Assembly: GCA_964525495.1 (NCBI GenBank) | Contig: CAZGHS010000001.1 | Location: forward strand, 10,863 to 74,862 | Length of the DNA: 64,000 bases | Direction of reading: 5' to 3' | From: an uncultured Gammaproteobacteria bacterium | GTDB taxonomy: Bacteria; Patescibacteriota; Microgenomatia; JALYQM01 | Shown here: positions 1-8,288 of the stretch, in pieces | How the letters are laid out: each line of letters opens with the position of its first letter | Position numbering within the stretch: the stretch's first letter is position 1 | Position numbers and translations under genes: made by a program | The notes under the pieces: generated by a model | What the model saw: the letters and a program-made list of their open reading frames with translations, nothing else | Databases searched by the model: none | Told to the model about the DNA's origin: nothing

Positions 1-1747
1 ACACCGAAGCACGCTGCTTCTCTCCCGCGGACAAAGTTGAAAACACACGCTCACCATTCACACTCTCTTTAGACAAGTTACCACCTGATGCACTTAGTAA
101 AGTATTAACCCATTCCAATCGGGATTTTCTATACGACCTTAATAGCTCTAATACTCTCGGATTAAAAATAACTTTTTCACCTTTAGTATGCTTTTCAAAT
201 TCAGCCATGAGCAAGCTGTCAGACATGTTGATACCAACCTCCCATTGCATTCGTTCATAATCATCATCACTCTCAAAGGCGACTTCTTGCAGTTCAAACT
301 CTCGTTTGAAAACATCAACCAGTTGGTCTGATGAATTAATTACATCGGGAGCAATATAAGTAATTCGCTCTGAAATTCGGGATGGATTATCGAGAGTATG
401 AATGTTTTTACCTTGACCATTCTCAACAATATACAAATCTCCCTCATGCTCAGAGAAGTGCATTAATCCTGCTAATAGACTAGATTTACCCAATCCAGAC
501 TGCGCTTTAAGTACAACAACCTCTCCACTTGATACCACAACGTTAACAGGTGGCAACTCAGTATGTTTCCCGTCTGGTAATACTGTCTTAAAATCTCTAA
601 CAATTAAACCGCTTTCAATAGGAGCTTCTTCTAAATCTACACTTCCAGCTTTATCTATATGCTCTTTCCATCTCTTTTCTGTCAAAATAAATTTATCAGA
701 GCTAATCAAGCCAATAAGTTTTTGCGTAAATTCAATACTCCTTCTACTATCTTCACGAGCGCGTTGTTGTGTTAACGCACCATTTAATCCCGTAAGACCA
801 TAACGTAATCCATTTAAGTTCGCAAAGAGATTACCAGCACTGTTGCCCAATAAAAGACCAATTGTAATTATCTCATCAGCTCTAGAGATAGTATTGTTTC
901 TATCAGTCATTCTAATATGCTCTCCTGCTACCCTTCGCAAATATCCAACAACCCCAGCACTCTGCCCCGCTCTATTTTGAGCTGCACGATTCTTATTACT
1001 TTCCTTATAAGTCATTTCACCAAAGGGAAAAGAAGCAAACCCTAACGCAGCAGTAAGAGCTGCTAATCCATAGTTCTCGTATCCTGCCATTGCAGCAGCA
1101 CATGCAACAGGTAATATTCCGTTTGACATACGAGATAAGTTAGGCTCGGCTAGTTCAGCAAGATAAACTCCATTAGGTAAACTTTGAATTGAACGAATTT
1201 CATCATCTGCAAATCCTGCTTGTTTCAATTGCGCATTAAAAACATTTTGATATGGCCTAATGAGTTGTAATTTATCAGTTAACAATAAACGCCATTCAGA
1301 ACCAACTTCATTCTGTGTATGATACTTAATAAGCTCGCTTCCAATTTTTACTGCAAAACCAGCAGCACCAACTGCTTTAGTTGGGCTTGCATCAGATACA
1401 CCCCAAGTAGCTGTCGCAATTCCACCAATTCTACTAAATGTAGCAGCAGCAAGGAGTAACCGCCTATTTGCAATCTTTCGAGCTAAATCAAAATCTCCAC
1501 CAACTTCAATACATGCTATTGCAGGCAATTGATATTCTGAGCATACTAAGTCATCAATGAAAAAAGCTGCCTTATCTGCAATTGTAGCCTCTACTCCTAA
1601 CACCGCTAACTTATCAGCTACACCATCATATCTTTCCCTTAGCTTAGTCATTGGATATTCTGCTTGAACATCACGCCGAAGAGTATAAGGGTCTACACCT
1701 TCAGTTCTGCAATATTTCATTAAATCTGAGCTTAATTCTGCATGCAT
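1..1747 (-). CDS. ABC transporter, fused membrane + ATP-binding protein (3' end runs off the window)
   Basis: Not in the ORF track; segments translated by hand from ATG at 1747 (MHAELSSDLMKY...). In-frame hydrophobic segments, Walker A AQSGLGKS (505-482) and signature LSAGEKQR (34-11). The full frame was only spot-checked for stops. Confidence 0.8.
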   Translation of the reverse strand, partial: MHAELSSDLMKYCRTEGVDPYTLRRDVQAEYPMTKLRERYDGVADKLAVLGVEATIADKAAFFIDDLVCSEYQLPAIACIEVGGDFDLARKIANRRLLLAAATFSRIGGIATATWGVSDASPTKAVGAAGFAVKIGSELIKYHTQNEVGSEWRLLLTDKLQLIRPYQNVFNAQLKQAGFADDEIRSIQSLPNGVYLAELAEPNLSRMSNGILPVACAAAMAGYENYGLAALTAALGFASFPFGEMTYKESNKNRAAQNRAGQSAGVVGYLRRVAGEHIRMTDRNNTISRADEIITIGLLLGNSAGNLFANLNGLRYGLTGLNGALTQQRAREDSRRSIEFTQKLIGLISSDKFILTEKRWKEHIDKAGSVDLEEAPIESGLIVRDFKTVLPDGKHTELPPVNVVVSSGEVVVLKAQSGLGKSSLLAGLMHFSEHEGDLYIVENGQGKNIHTLDNPSRISERITYIAPDVINSSDQLVDVFKREFELQEVAFESDDDYERMQWEVGINMSDSLLMAEFEKHTKGEKVIFNPRVLELLRSYRKSRLEWVNTLLSASGGNLSKESVNGERVFSTLSAGEKQRASV

Positions 1748-1922
1748 ACATTTATCACAAAAAGTAAAACTATAAAGCGAAATTATACTCTTTTATCCTA
1801 TAGTATTCAAGTGGTAAAGCACAGGGCAAACTATGTAACCAAAAATGGGAGAGACACATATAGCCCTAAAAATAACATGGGTTTCCCCCCGACCTCTTTT
1901 GTAGTCAAAAATTATATAATAT

Positions 1923-2024
1923 ATGGTTAAATTGAGGGATAAGAAGCTCTTTGAATATCAACAAGAAGCGGTCGCCAATTATGGATTGTTTCAACTAATT
2001 GATTTAATGTATGATTCGAAATAA
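1923..2024 (+). pseudogene. 33-aa remnant resembling the N-terminus (Q motif) of an SF2 helicase / restriction Res subunit
   Basis: MVKLRDKKLFEYQQEAVANYGLFQLIDLMYDSK*; LFEYQQEAV matches the L-x-x-YQ-x-EAV pattern; TATAAT directly upstream; no Walker A follows. Confidence 0.35.
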
Positions 2025-2100
2025 GACTAAGGTAGTCCACAGCAAAAATCCTGCCACTTTTGTCATTGTTTTCTTCTATCCTTCCAATTATCATGAGGAT

Positions 2101-2352
2101 ATGACTTCGCCAGATCTACAACAAATAAGCGATATTGTGGAGAGAATTGTAAATCGAGCAATTGAACCTCTTATCAAAAATTCGGGGGAACACACTGCAA
2201 TTTTAAATCAACATACGGCAAAGCTTGACCATCTCACAACTATAACTGATGAACATAGCGAAACTCTTTTAAGAATTGAAGGCGATATTCAAGAAATGAA
2301 AGAAGAAACCAATAAACGCCTCGATAAAATCGAAAATCATATCTGGAAATAA
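2101..2352 (+). CDS. small coiled-coil hypothetical protein
   Basis: Likely start MTSPDLQ at 2101 after GAGG; heptad-like EHTAILNQHTAKLDH...RLDKIE. Confidence 0.6.
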   Translation: MTSPDLQQISDIVERIVNRAIEPLIKNSGEHTAILNQHTAKLDHLTTITDEHSETLLRIEGDIQEMKEETNKRLDKIENHIWK

Positions 2353-2372
2353 CCTGATGATATACTCTCCCA

Positions 2373-3434
2373 ATGTTTCAGGAAACCTCGCACAATCTAC
2401 ACTTACTTCCCAACCTACCCTACCAATGGATCAAAGATCATCCTGTACACCTTAAATCAGATAGAAGATATAGAGAACTTCTCCAAGCAAAACCCACCAA
2501 AAAATTATCCATCATCATCCCTTTTAGAAACGAGCTCCGCTCAGTTGAATCATTCCTCGTCGCATTAGATATGGCAAAAATACATTCTTATCCCATGCCT
2601 ACAACACTAATCTTTGTGCAAAATGGTTGCACAGATGGCACAGATAAAGTACTTACAAATTGGATACATGTTAAAAACAGTACCCGGCAAACACAAAATT
2701 TAGAAATTCTCCACCTCACAACACCGATAGAATCAAAAGCAAATGCATTAAACATCGCAAACGAAGTTGCCTTACAATCAAATAGCGATATTGCAATCAG
2801 TCTAGATATGGACAACTACTGCGATATCAACACAATTCCAGAGCTGTACTTAGCGCTTTCCCAGTCAGATGCCTCGCTTATCACTGGTACAACCATTACA
2901 CAGCCACGACGGATACCGAGAGGAAAATTAAAGGACATATGTATTCAGTACACATGCTTCAATCCCAAAAAAGATGAAGCGGTAGTAAACGGAATGGTCC
3001 AAGCATGGAAACCGCGGGATATAAAGGATATTGGTGGCTTCCCTCATGTTATTGGGGAAGACTACGCAACAGGATTATTACTTCGCAGTCAAGGAAAAAC
3101 TCATCGCAGATTGCCAGAAGCCAAAGTATGGGGATATAGGGCAAATACTTTCGAAGATAAATTCAAACAATTAGTGCGCGGGCAACGAAGTCTCATACAA
3201 CTTCGCGAGCTTTATCCCCACCTCAGAGATCAAATTCAAAACGATATGCCAGCAACTAATAATTTACTTAATCAGGTTACTGCACATTGGCACTGGGCGT
3301 CCAAAAACTACAAACGCATACCCTTTGCCCTTATTAACATGCCTATTATCTGGGCTGCTCAATATCAAGCAAAAAGACAACATCAAGAAGATCCTTACGT
3401 AAAAACCTGGACTCAAATCGAATCGACAAGATAG
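2373..3434 (+). CDS. glycosyltransferase family 2
   Basis: SIIIPFRNE, NGCTDGT, KANALN, DMD (DxD), IGGFP..GED motifs. Confidence 0.85.
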   Translation: MFQETSHNLHLLPNLPYQWIKDHPVHLKSDRRYRELLQAKPTKKLSIIIPFRNELRSVESFLVALDMAKIHSYPMPTTLIFVQNGCTDGTDKVLTNWIHVKNSTRQTQNLEILHLTTPIESKANALNIANEVALQSNSDIAISLDMDNYCDINTIPELYLALSQSDASLITGTTITQPRRIPRGKLKDICIQYTCFNPKKDEAVVNGMVQAWKPRDIKDIGGFPHVIGEDYATGLLLRSQGKTHRRLPEAKVWGYRANTFEDKFKQLVRGQRSLIQLRELYPHLRDQIQNDMPATNNLLNQVTAHWHWASKNYKRIPFALINMPIIWAAQYQAKRQHQEDPYVKTWTQIESTR

Positions 3435-3438
3435 AAAT

Positions 3439-3485
3439 AAAAAAAGCGCCACTTTGCAATGAGATTAATCATCACATCATGGCGC
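3439..3485 (-). terminator. intrinsic terminator of the 3556-3991 unit
   Basis: Minus strand GCGCCAT...GTGGCGC stem followed by a T7 run. Confidence 0.6.
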
Positions 3486-3555
3486 ACGATCATGCAAACA
3501 CACTCGAATAGACATTCTCGACGAATATCATTCAAACGCATTCACACCATACAGG

Positions 3556-3771
3556 CTAGTTATCGTATCCACAGTCAGGACAATAAACGTGGGTGTCTCC
3601 TCCTCTATCGTTATACCTTCGAGAATTCGGATGCTTACACCGCCGCTGCAATTGCTTGATCCGAATCCCGATCACTTCTATCTCCTCCTTCAGCGGAGCC
3701 ATTCGTTCTCTGACAGCGTCAGCTTGTTTCTTTAATTCCTTTACCTTATCTGAAATCTCATTCTGACTCAC
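3556..3771 (-). CDS. small coiled-coil + CxH...CxxC zinc-ribbon protein (paralog 2)
   Basis: Likely GTG start at 3771 after SD AAGGAGG; C-terminus RRCKHPN...YCPDCGYDN. Confidence 0.75.
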   Translation of the reverse strand: MSQNEISDKVKELKKQADAVRERMAPLKEEIEVIGIRIKQLQRRCKHPNSRRYNDRGGDTHVYCPDCGYDN

Positions 3772-3784
3772 AGATGCCTCCTTC

Positions 3785-3991
3785 TTAATCCTGATATCCA
3801 CAGTCGTCACAGATATTCCCTACTTCACCCATCGCTGAGTACTTCCGCATATTTGGGTGAGAGCATCGTCGGATAAGTACGTTCCAATGTGCGTGCTGAA
3901 TCGCTATTTCACCTTCAAGCGCACGAATCCTCCCCCGGATCTGTTCCTTTTCCTTACGAATCGCAATCTGTGAATTGGGTTTGCGAGACAT
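3785..3991 (-). CDS. small coiled-coil + CxH...CxxC zinc-ribbon protein (paralog 1)
   Basis: SD AAGGA 7 nt before ATG 3991; C-terminus RRCSHPN...ICDDCGYQD, clearly homologous to its neighbour. Confidence 0.75.
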   Translation of the reverse strand: MSRKPNSQIAIRKEKEQIRGRIRALEGEIAIQHAHWNVLIRRCSHPNMRKYSAMGEVGNICDDCGYQD

Positions 3992-4006
3992 AGTCATGTC
4001 CTTTCT

Positions 4007-4061
4007 GCCTGTATTTGAAAAGAGCGAAAATAGGAATCAGAATCAACTTCTGGGCCTATTT
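4007..4061 (-). promoter_or_regulatory. leader A: hairpin + boxA-like motif + 5' arm of a long-range stem
   Basis: Hairpin 4028-4061; GCTCTTTTCAAA 4025-4014; arm ATACAGGC 4014-4007 complementary to 3556-3549. Confidence 0.55.
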
Positions 4062-4076
4062 GTAGCCAATTCTTAG

Positions 4077-4097
4077 TTTACGTAATATTTACATTAA
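4077..4097. promoter_or_regulatory. NrtR operator 1
   Basis: TTTACGTAATATTTACATTAA: 21-bp imperfect palindrome with the GT-N7-AC core known for NrtR sites; extends to TAGTT...AACTA. Confidence 0.7.
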
Positions 4098-4105
4098 CTA
4101 TCCAC

Positions 4106-4133
4106 ATGTTACAACAACAAACTTAAATGTCAA
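4106..4133 (-). promoter_or_regulatory. sigma70-type promoter for the zinc-ribbon pair
   Basis: TTGACA (4133-4128), 16 nt spacer, TAACAT (4111-4106). Confidence 0.55.
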
Positions 4134-4153
4134 TAACGTATTTTATACGTTTA
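4133..4153. promoter_or_regulatory. NrtR operator 2
   Basis: ATAACGTATTTTATACGTTTA with GT-N7-AC core; lies between and touches the two divergent -35 elements. Confidence 0.7.
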
Positions 4154-4178
4154 CTATTTAACAAAAGCGGAGTATACT
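4150..4178 (+). promoter_or_regulatory. promoter of nrtR
   Basis: TTTACT, 17 nt spacer, TATACT. Confidence 0.5.
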
Positions 4179-4197
4179 AGTCAAAAAGGAGCAAGTT

Positions 4198-4815
4198 ATG
4201 TCTAACTCAATCTACCTCAACAGCCGTGTAGCGATCGACGTCGTTATATTCACTATTCTCGAAGAAAAGCCTCAGGTCCTCCTCCTCAAGCGTCACAAAG
4301 AACCGTTTCAAGGCAAGCTTGAGCTCCCTGGTGGATTGCTTATAGAAAATGAAACCGCTGAACAAACTCTCCAGCGTAAGCTTGGTGAAATTACCAACAC
4401 AAATAACACTCACTTTAACCAATTCCATACGTTTACGAACCCAGTTCGAGATCCTCGAGGTCGCACAATTTCTATTGGATTTCTTGCACTCGTAAATTCA
4501 GAAAAAATGAGCTCGGACTGTGACTGGCATGATGTTAATAATCTTCCCGAATTAGCATTTGATCATGCCGAAATTATTCAATCAGCCTCAAAATATTTAA
4601 AAGAGAATCTAAATCTTCAATTCCTTAAGAGCTATATGCCTATTTACTTCCCACTCAACTCACTTCAAACAGTTTATGAAGTAATACACAATGAAAAATA
4701 TGACAATCGCAACTTCCGAAAGCAGCAGCTAGCGTCCGAAAACATAGTCGAAACAGATAAGCTCGAAAAAGACGTAAAACACCGCCCAGCCAAATTATAT
4801 CGATTTAAAGAATAA
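4198..4815 (+). CDS. nrtR: NrtR-family regulator (degenerate Nudix + winged HTH)
   Basis: LPGG with degenerate Nudix box (QRKLGEIT), RDPRGRTIS, LAFDH, C-terminal YE...RNFRK...RPAKLYRF. Confidence 0.9.
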   Translation: MSNSIYLNSRVAIDVVIFTILEEKPQVLLLKRHKEPFQGKLELPGGLLIENETAEQTLQRKLGEITNTNNTHFNQFHTFTNPVRDPRGRTISIGFLALVNSEKMSSDCDWHDVNNLPELAFDHAEIIQSASKYLKENLNLQFLKSYMPIYFPLNSLQTVYEVIHNEKYDNRNFRKQQLASENIVETDKLEKDVKHRPAKLYRFKE

Positions 4816-4827
4816 TAACCTATAGTA

Positions 4828-5083
4828 TTTACAAATACCTTAGTCCATGATATAATCACTAGTACCTTTTAAGTAAATTTTGAGGCTAATACACTCAATT
4901 CCTTTCCTTAAAAGTTTGAGCGTTACGCTCAAATCTGTCCCTTAACAGTAAAGATAGAGAATATCTCTTACCTCAAAATCTACAATCTCCTTACAGATTG
5001 GCTATACCCCGCCTGCACTCAATTACTTGAGTCTATACGGGGAATAGTCAATTTTATGCTGCAAATGCAGCAGGGAGAACTCA
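4828..5083 (+). promoter_or_regulatory. leader B: promoter + hairpins + boxA-like motif + 5' arm
   Basis: TTTACA-17-(TGA)TATAAT 4828-4856; hairpin 4915-4933; TGTCCCTTAACA 4936-4947; arm 4945-4959; long hairpin 4997-5052; SD AGGGAG. Confidence 0.6.
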
Positions 5084-5332
5084 GTGTCTACGAGAATTGT
5101 GACAACTACACCATCTTCTGGAGTAGTTATCCAAGATTCCCATGGGCGGTTTCTAAACGGACGAGACAGATGGCAACCAAAACAATCCGCCGAATTCGCG
5201 TTTGTCCATCCCGAAGGAAAGCTCAGTCAGAGTGAACCTTGGGTCACAAACGCAGCCTGGATTTTCCCAGCACGCCATGTTCCCCACCAAGGAACACTCA
5301 TTACAGGAAGCCGAAAAGCATTTGGAACATAG
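5084..5332 (+). CDS. small hypothetical protein (82 aa)
   Basis: GTG start with SD; no recognised family. Confidence 0.6.
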   Translation: MSTRIVTTTPSSGVVIQDSHGRFLNGRDRWQPKQSAEFAFVHPEGKLSQSEPWVTNAAWIFPARHVPHQGTLITGSRKAFGT

Positions 5333-5340
5333 TAGAGTCC

Positions 5341-5448
5341 GAGGGTAAGAGAAACAGACAGCACTTTTTGTGCGTTCAGGCGACCGTTGTTTACAACGTC
5401 CTCGCGTGCACCGCCTGAAGTCTGTCTCTTACCCTCTATCTTTACTGT
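5341..5448 (+). other. structured 3' trailer of unit B with 3' arm
   Basis: GAGGGTAAGAGA-AACAGAC / GTCTG-TCTCTTACCCTC outer stem, inner TTCAGGCG/CGCCTGAA; CTCTATCTTTACTGT 5434-5448 is the exact complement of 4945-4959. Confidence 0.6.
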
Positions 5449-5524
5449 CTTTTCTAAAAATCTCACCACTATTGCATTTCTCACTCTTTAGCGACATAAT
5501 AGCTTCTGTATACAGGAGGTTCCT

Positions 5525-6268
5525 ATGCAAATTCGCATACGTACAATATTATTCGCAATTATTCCATTACTCGCACTCACTCTCACCATTTCCTCAGCAT
5601 CAGCTGAAGAATCAACACTTCGCACCAACACATCAAACAGAACAGCAAAACCAACCTTAGAAGATTTTCCAGAACGAAATATGGAAAAAATGCGCACTCA
5701 AGAATTGCGTATAGCCAGCAAAGCTAGCGATATCAAAGCTCGACAGGAAAAAATAGCAACGCGCACTGGAGACATGAAAGAAAAGCGAGAAGAACTCGCA
5801 TCCAGAGCGGCACAAATGCGCGAAGATCGTTGCAAAATGCTCAACGAACGAAACACTCTTCTCCTCACTCGATACGAAAATAACAAGGTTCGACACATTG
5901 CTGAATACCAAAACGTTAAGAAAAAAGTTGAAGAACTAGTTGCTCGACTCAAGACAGATGGCAAAGATACAACCAAACTCGAAGCAGATCTTCGCCAACT
6001 CGATGTGCTTATCAAAAAAGCTAGTGATGACTACACTGCATTCATAACAGCGCTCAAAGATACCAAAAACTATACCTGCGGCAAATCTGAAGGCGCTTAT
6101 GCAGATGCCCTCAAAAAAGCTATGGATAAACTAATGCTCGCACGCCAAAGCTTACTGGCTGTCCGCACATATTACCAAACAACTATCCGACCAGACATAC
6201 TAGCAATCAAAGGAACACGTCCAGCTAGCTCAGCATCACCTATTGGAGATACAACTAATACTCAATAA
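5525..6268 (+). CDS. secreted coiled-coil protein
   Basis: Signal peptide ending ASA-EE; long helical charged body with two Cys. Confidence 0.8.
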   Translation: MQIRIRTILFAIIPLLALTLTISSASAEESTLRTNTSNRTAKPTLEDFPERNMEKMRTQELRIASKASDIKARQEKIATRTGDMKEKREELASRAAQMREDRCKMLNERNTLLLTRYENNKVRHIAEYQNVKKKVEELVARLKTDGKDTTKLEADLRQLDVLIKKASDDYTAFITALKDTKNYTCGKSEGAYADALKKAMDKLMLARQSLLAVRTYYQTTIRPDILAIKGTRPASSASPIGDTTNTQ

Positions 6269-6285
6269 AACCTGGAGGACTATTT

Positions 6286-6555
6286 ATGAAAAAAATCGCA
6301 ATTATTATTTCAGCATTTGTACTGACCCTAACCTTAGCAGGTTGCACTCCTAAAACTCCCGCAGCAACTAACGAAACCAATGTAGATGTTGATCAAAGCT
6401 CAGACACTACGATCAACGCAACAGGCTCAGCTTCTGCATCATCGATGCCATCGTTCGCACCTACAACAGATCAAGATGTTAAATCCATGGACACTATGAT
6501 GGACAAAGTAAACATGAATGACTATTCAGATAAGTCACTCGAAGATTTAAAATAA
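6286..6555 (+). CDS. small lipoprotein
   Basis: MKK + hydrophobic core + LAGC lipobox; SD GGAGG. Confidence 0.75.
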   Translation: MKKIAIIISAFVLTLTLAGCTPKTPAATNETNVDVDQSSDTTINATGSASASSMPSFAPTTDQDVKSMDTMMDKVNMNDYSDKSLEDLK

Positions 6556-6573
6556 CTTAGTTGAAAATAAACT

Positions 6574-6604
6574 AAAAGCCGCCTATTTCTCAGCGGCTTT
6601 TTTT
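6574..6604. terminator. bidirectional intrinsic terminator
   Basis: AAAAGCCGC...GCGGCTTTTTTT at a convergent gene junction. Confidence 0.65.
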
Positions 6605-7770
6605 GTACCAAACACATATGCTGCAAGCAACGTAGCTATAGGCACAGCCAAAATCAATGCAGAGCTTCCCACAACAGTGCGAATTATCTCCTCAACCAAC
6701 TGTTCGCTATTTAATGTGATCCACAAAGGTTGTTGATCCTTGTTCGCCGTAAACAACAAGAACAATGGCAACGAGCTACCTGCATACGCCAGGAAAAGCG
6801 TATTTACCAACGAAGCTATATGCTCGTGCCCTATCGAGATTCCCCGCTTATACAGCTCAGCAATACTCAACGCAGGATTAGCTTTATGAATCTCCTCCAC
6901 CGACGCAGTCTGGGCAGTAGTAATGTCATCAAGCACACCCAAAGTTCCGATCAAAATTCCACCAAGCAATAATCCTTGCAAGTTCATCCGTCCCAGCGGT
7001 CCCAACTGCAAGAAAAATGCTTCTTCTGTCCCCAACCCGGTTAACTTTGTCGCCGTAACAGCCACATAGGCCAAAATGGTCGACAAACCTAAAGTAATCA
7101 GTGTACTGATCAGCGCCAACGTCGTCCGTTTATTAAACCCATGAGCCAGATACAACGACACAAACGCAATCGCTAGTAATCCGATCAATGTGATCACAAA
7201 GGGATTCTTGCCATCTAGTATCTGGGGAATCATGAACTGCGCAATTACCAGAACGCTTACACTCAATCCAAGCAAAGACATTATTCCTTTTTTACGTCCA
7301 AACAAAAGGATCAAAAACACAAACCCCAAAGTTAAATACAAAAGCGGATGCAGACGATACCGATCAATGATCACATACGAACTCTCACCGGCTAGTGTAG
7401 TCTTAGTCAAAACAATTCGCTCGCCCTTAGAAACCTTTACACTCGTCGTAACAGCTTGGATATGTCCTTGATCAACAGTTACCGTCTTGCCTTTATCTGC
7501 CCCATCCAGGAGCCGCACAGCCAGCACCTGATACTCTCGTACGTACCCACCAATATCTTCAGTACCTTCCTTAGTTATCCCTACAACCAGTCCAGTATAA
7601 AATTCATCCTTAGGAAACTGGTACAACACTTCACTAGATTCAGAAGCCATCATAGGTTCTAAATCAACCGGTGTTGAGTCTTGCGCAGACACACTCCCCG
7701 TAAATACAATAAGTGAAAGACAAAACGCCACGCTCCACGCACAAACTGTACGAATCAAAGAAATAATCAT
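6583..7770 (-). CDS. YibE/F family membrane protein
   Basis: IIDRYR, multiple TM helices, GILIGTLGVLDDIT, GHEHIASLVNTLFLAYAGSSLP, EEIIRTVVGS. Confidence 0.9.
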   Translation of the reverse strand: MIISLIRTVCAWSVAFCLSLIVFTGSVSAQDSTPVDLEPMMASESSEVLYQFPKDEFYTGLVVGITKEGTEDIGGYVREYQVLAVRLLDGADKGKTVTVDQGHIQAVTTSVKVSKGERIVLTKTTLAGESSYVIIDRYRLHPLLYLTLGFVFLILLFGRKKGIMSLLGLSVSVLVIAQFMIPQILDGKNPFVITLIGLLAIAFVSLYLAHGFNKRTTLALISTLITLGLSTILAYVAVTATKLTGLGTEEAFFLQLGPLGRMNLQGLLLGGILIGTLGVLDDITTAQTASVEEIHKANPALSIAELYKRGISIGHEHIASLVNTLFLAYAGSSLPLFLLFTANKDQQPLWITLNSEQLVEEIIRTVVGSSALILAVPIATLLAAYVFGTKKAAEK

Positions 7771-7787
7771 ACACTAAGTATATCAAT

Positions 7788-8285
7788 ATGACAGCAAATA
7801 CTCATCACTCAAAGGGATTCACACTCATCGAAATACTAATTACAATCTCAGTTTTCGCGATCATAGCTGGAGCAGTCCTCTTGGCCATTAATCCTGCCAA
7901 ACTCATCCGTGAATCACGTTTAAATATCACAAAAGCCAACCTCAACCAGATTATTAAAGCCGCTCAAACCTACATGGCCGAAACGGGCAGACTACCACCA
8001 GATGCTAACAGAAACATTCCGGCAGAGTTCATGCCTCAACTTGGTGCAGGGCCATGGCCAAACGGTCCATTTCCTGGTTCTATTTACGACTGGGACAATT
8101 GGGAAAACAACACTTGCTGGGACGGTTCAACTGGAATAATTCAAATAACCTTGCGTGAAGTAGACCACTATAACAGTCAAGAAAACTATAATCTCTATAT
8201 GACAATGCGGGGTGAAGGAATTCCTCACTGCGATAATTCAGCAGAACGAGGTGAGTGCTTAAACTGTGTAAGTAGATATCCTTAA
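7788..8285 (+). CDS. type IV pilin-like protein
   Basis: Prepilin motif KGFTLIEIL + hydrophobic helix; Cys-rich C-terminus. Confidence 0.85.
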   Translation: MTANTHHSKGFTLIEILITISVFAIIAGAVLLAINPAKLIRESRLNITKANLNQIIKAAQTYMAETGRLPPDANRNIPAEFMPQLGAGPWPNGPFPGSIYDWDNWENNTCWDGSTGIIQITLREVDHYNSQENYNLYMTMRGEGIPHCDNSAERGECLNCVSRYP

Positions 8286-8288
8286 AAA

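Noticed and set aside
1742-1930. 62-aa ORF in the track
   Set aside because: It overlaps the promoter region of the divergent ABC gene and has no recognisable features.
1945-1957. GCTCTTTGAATA boxA-like motif
   Set aside because: It lies within the short helicase-like ORF (codons KLFEY), with no preceding hairpin and no enclosed SD-led ORF with a matching arm.
3459-3659. Plus-strand 66-aa ORF
   Set aside because: It is antisense to the zinc-ribbon gene and its terminator; shadow ORF.
4945-5448. Retron or group II intron interpretation of the stem-enclosed cassettes
   Set aside because: There is no reverse transcriptase in the window and no recognisable msr branching context or intron domain V.
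5227-5697. Several 69-96 aa ORFs across the unit B trailer
   Set aside because: They overlap structured non-coding sequence and the 5525 gene, with no coding hallmarks.
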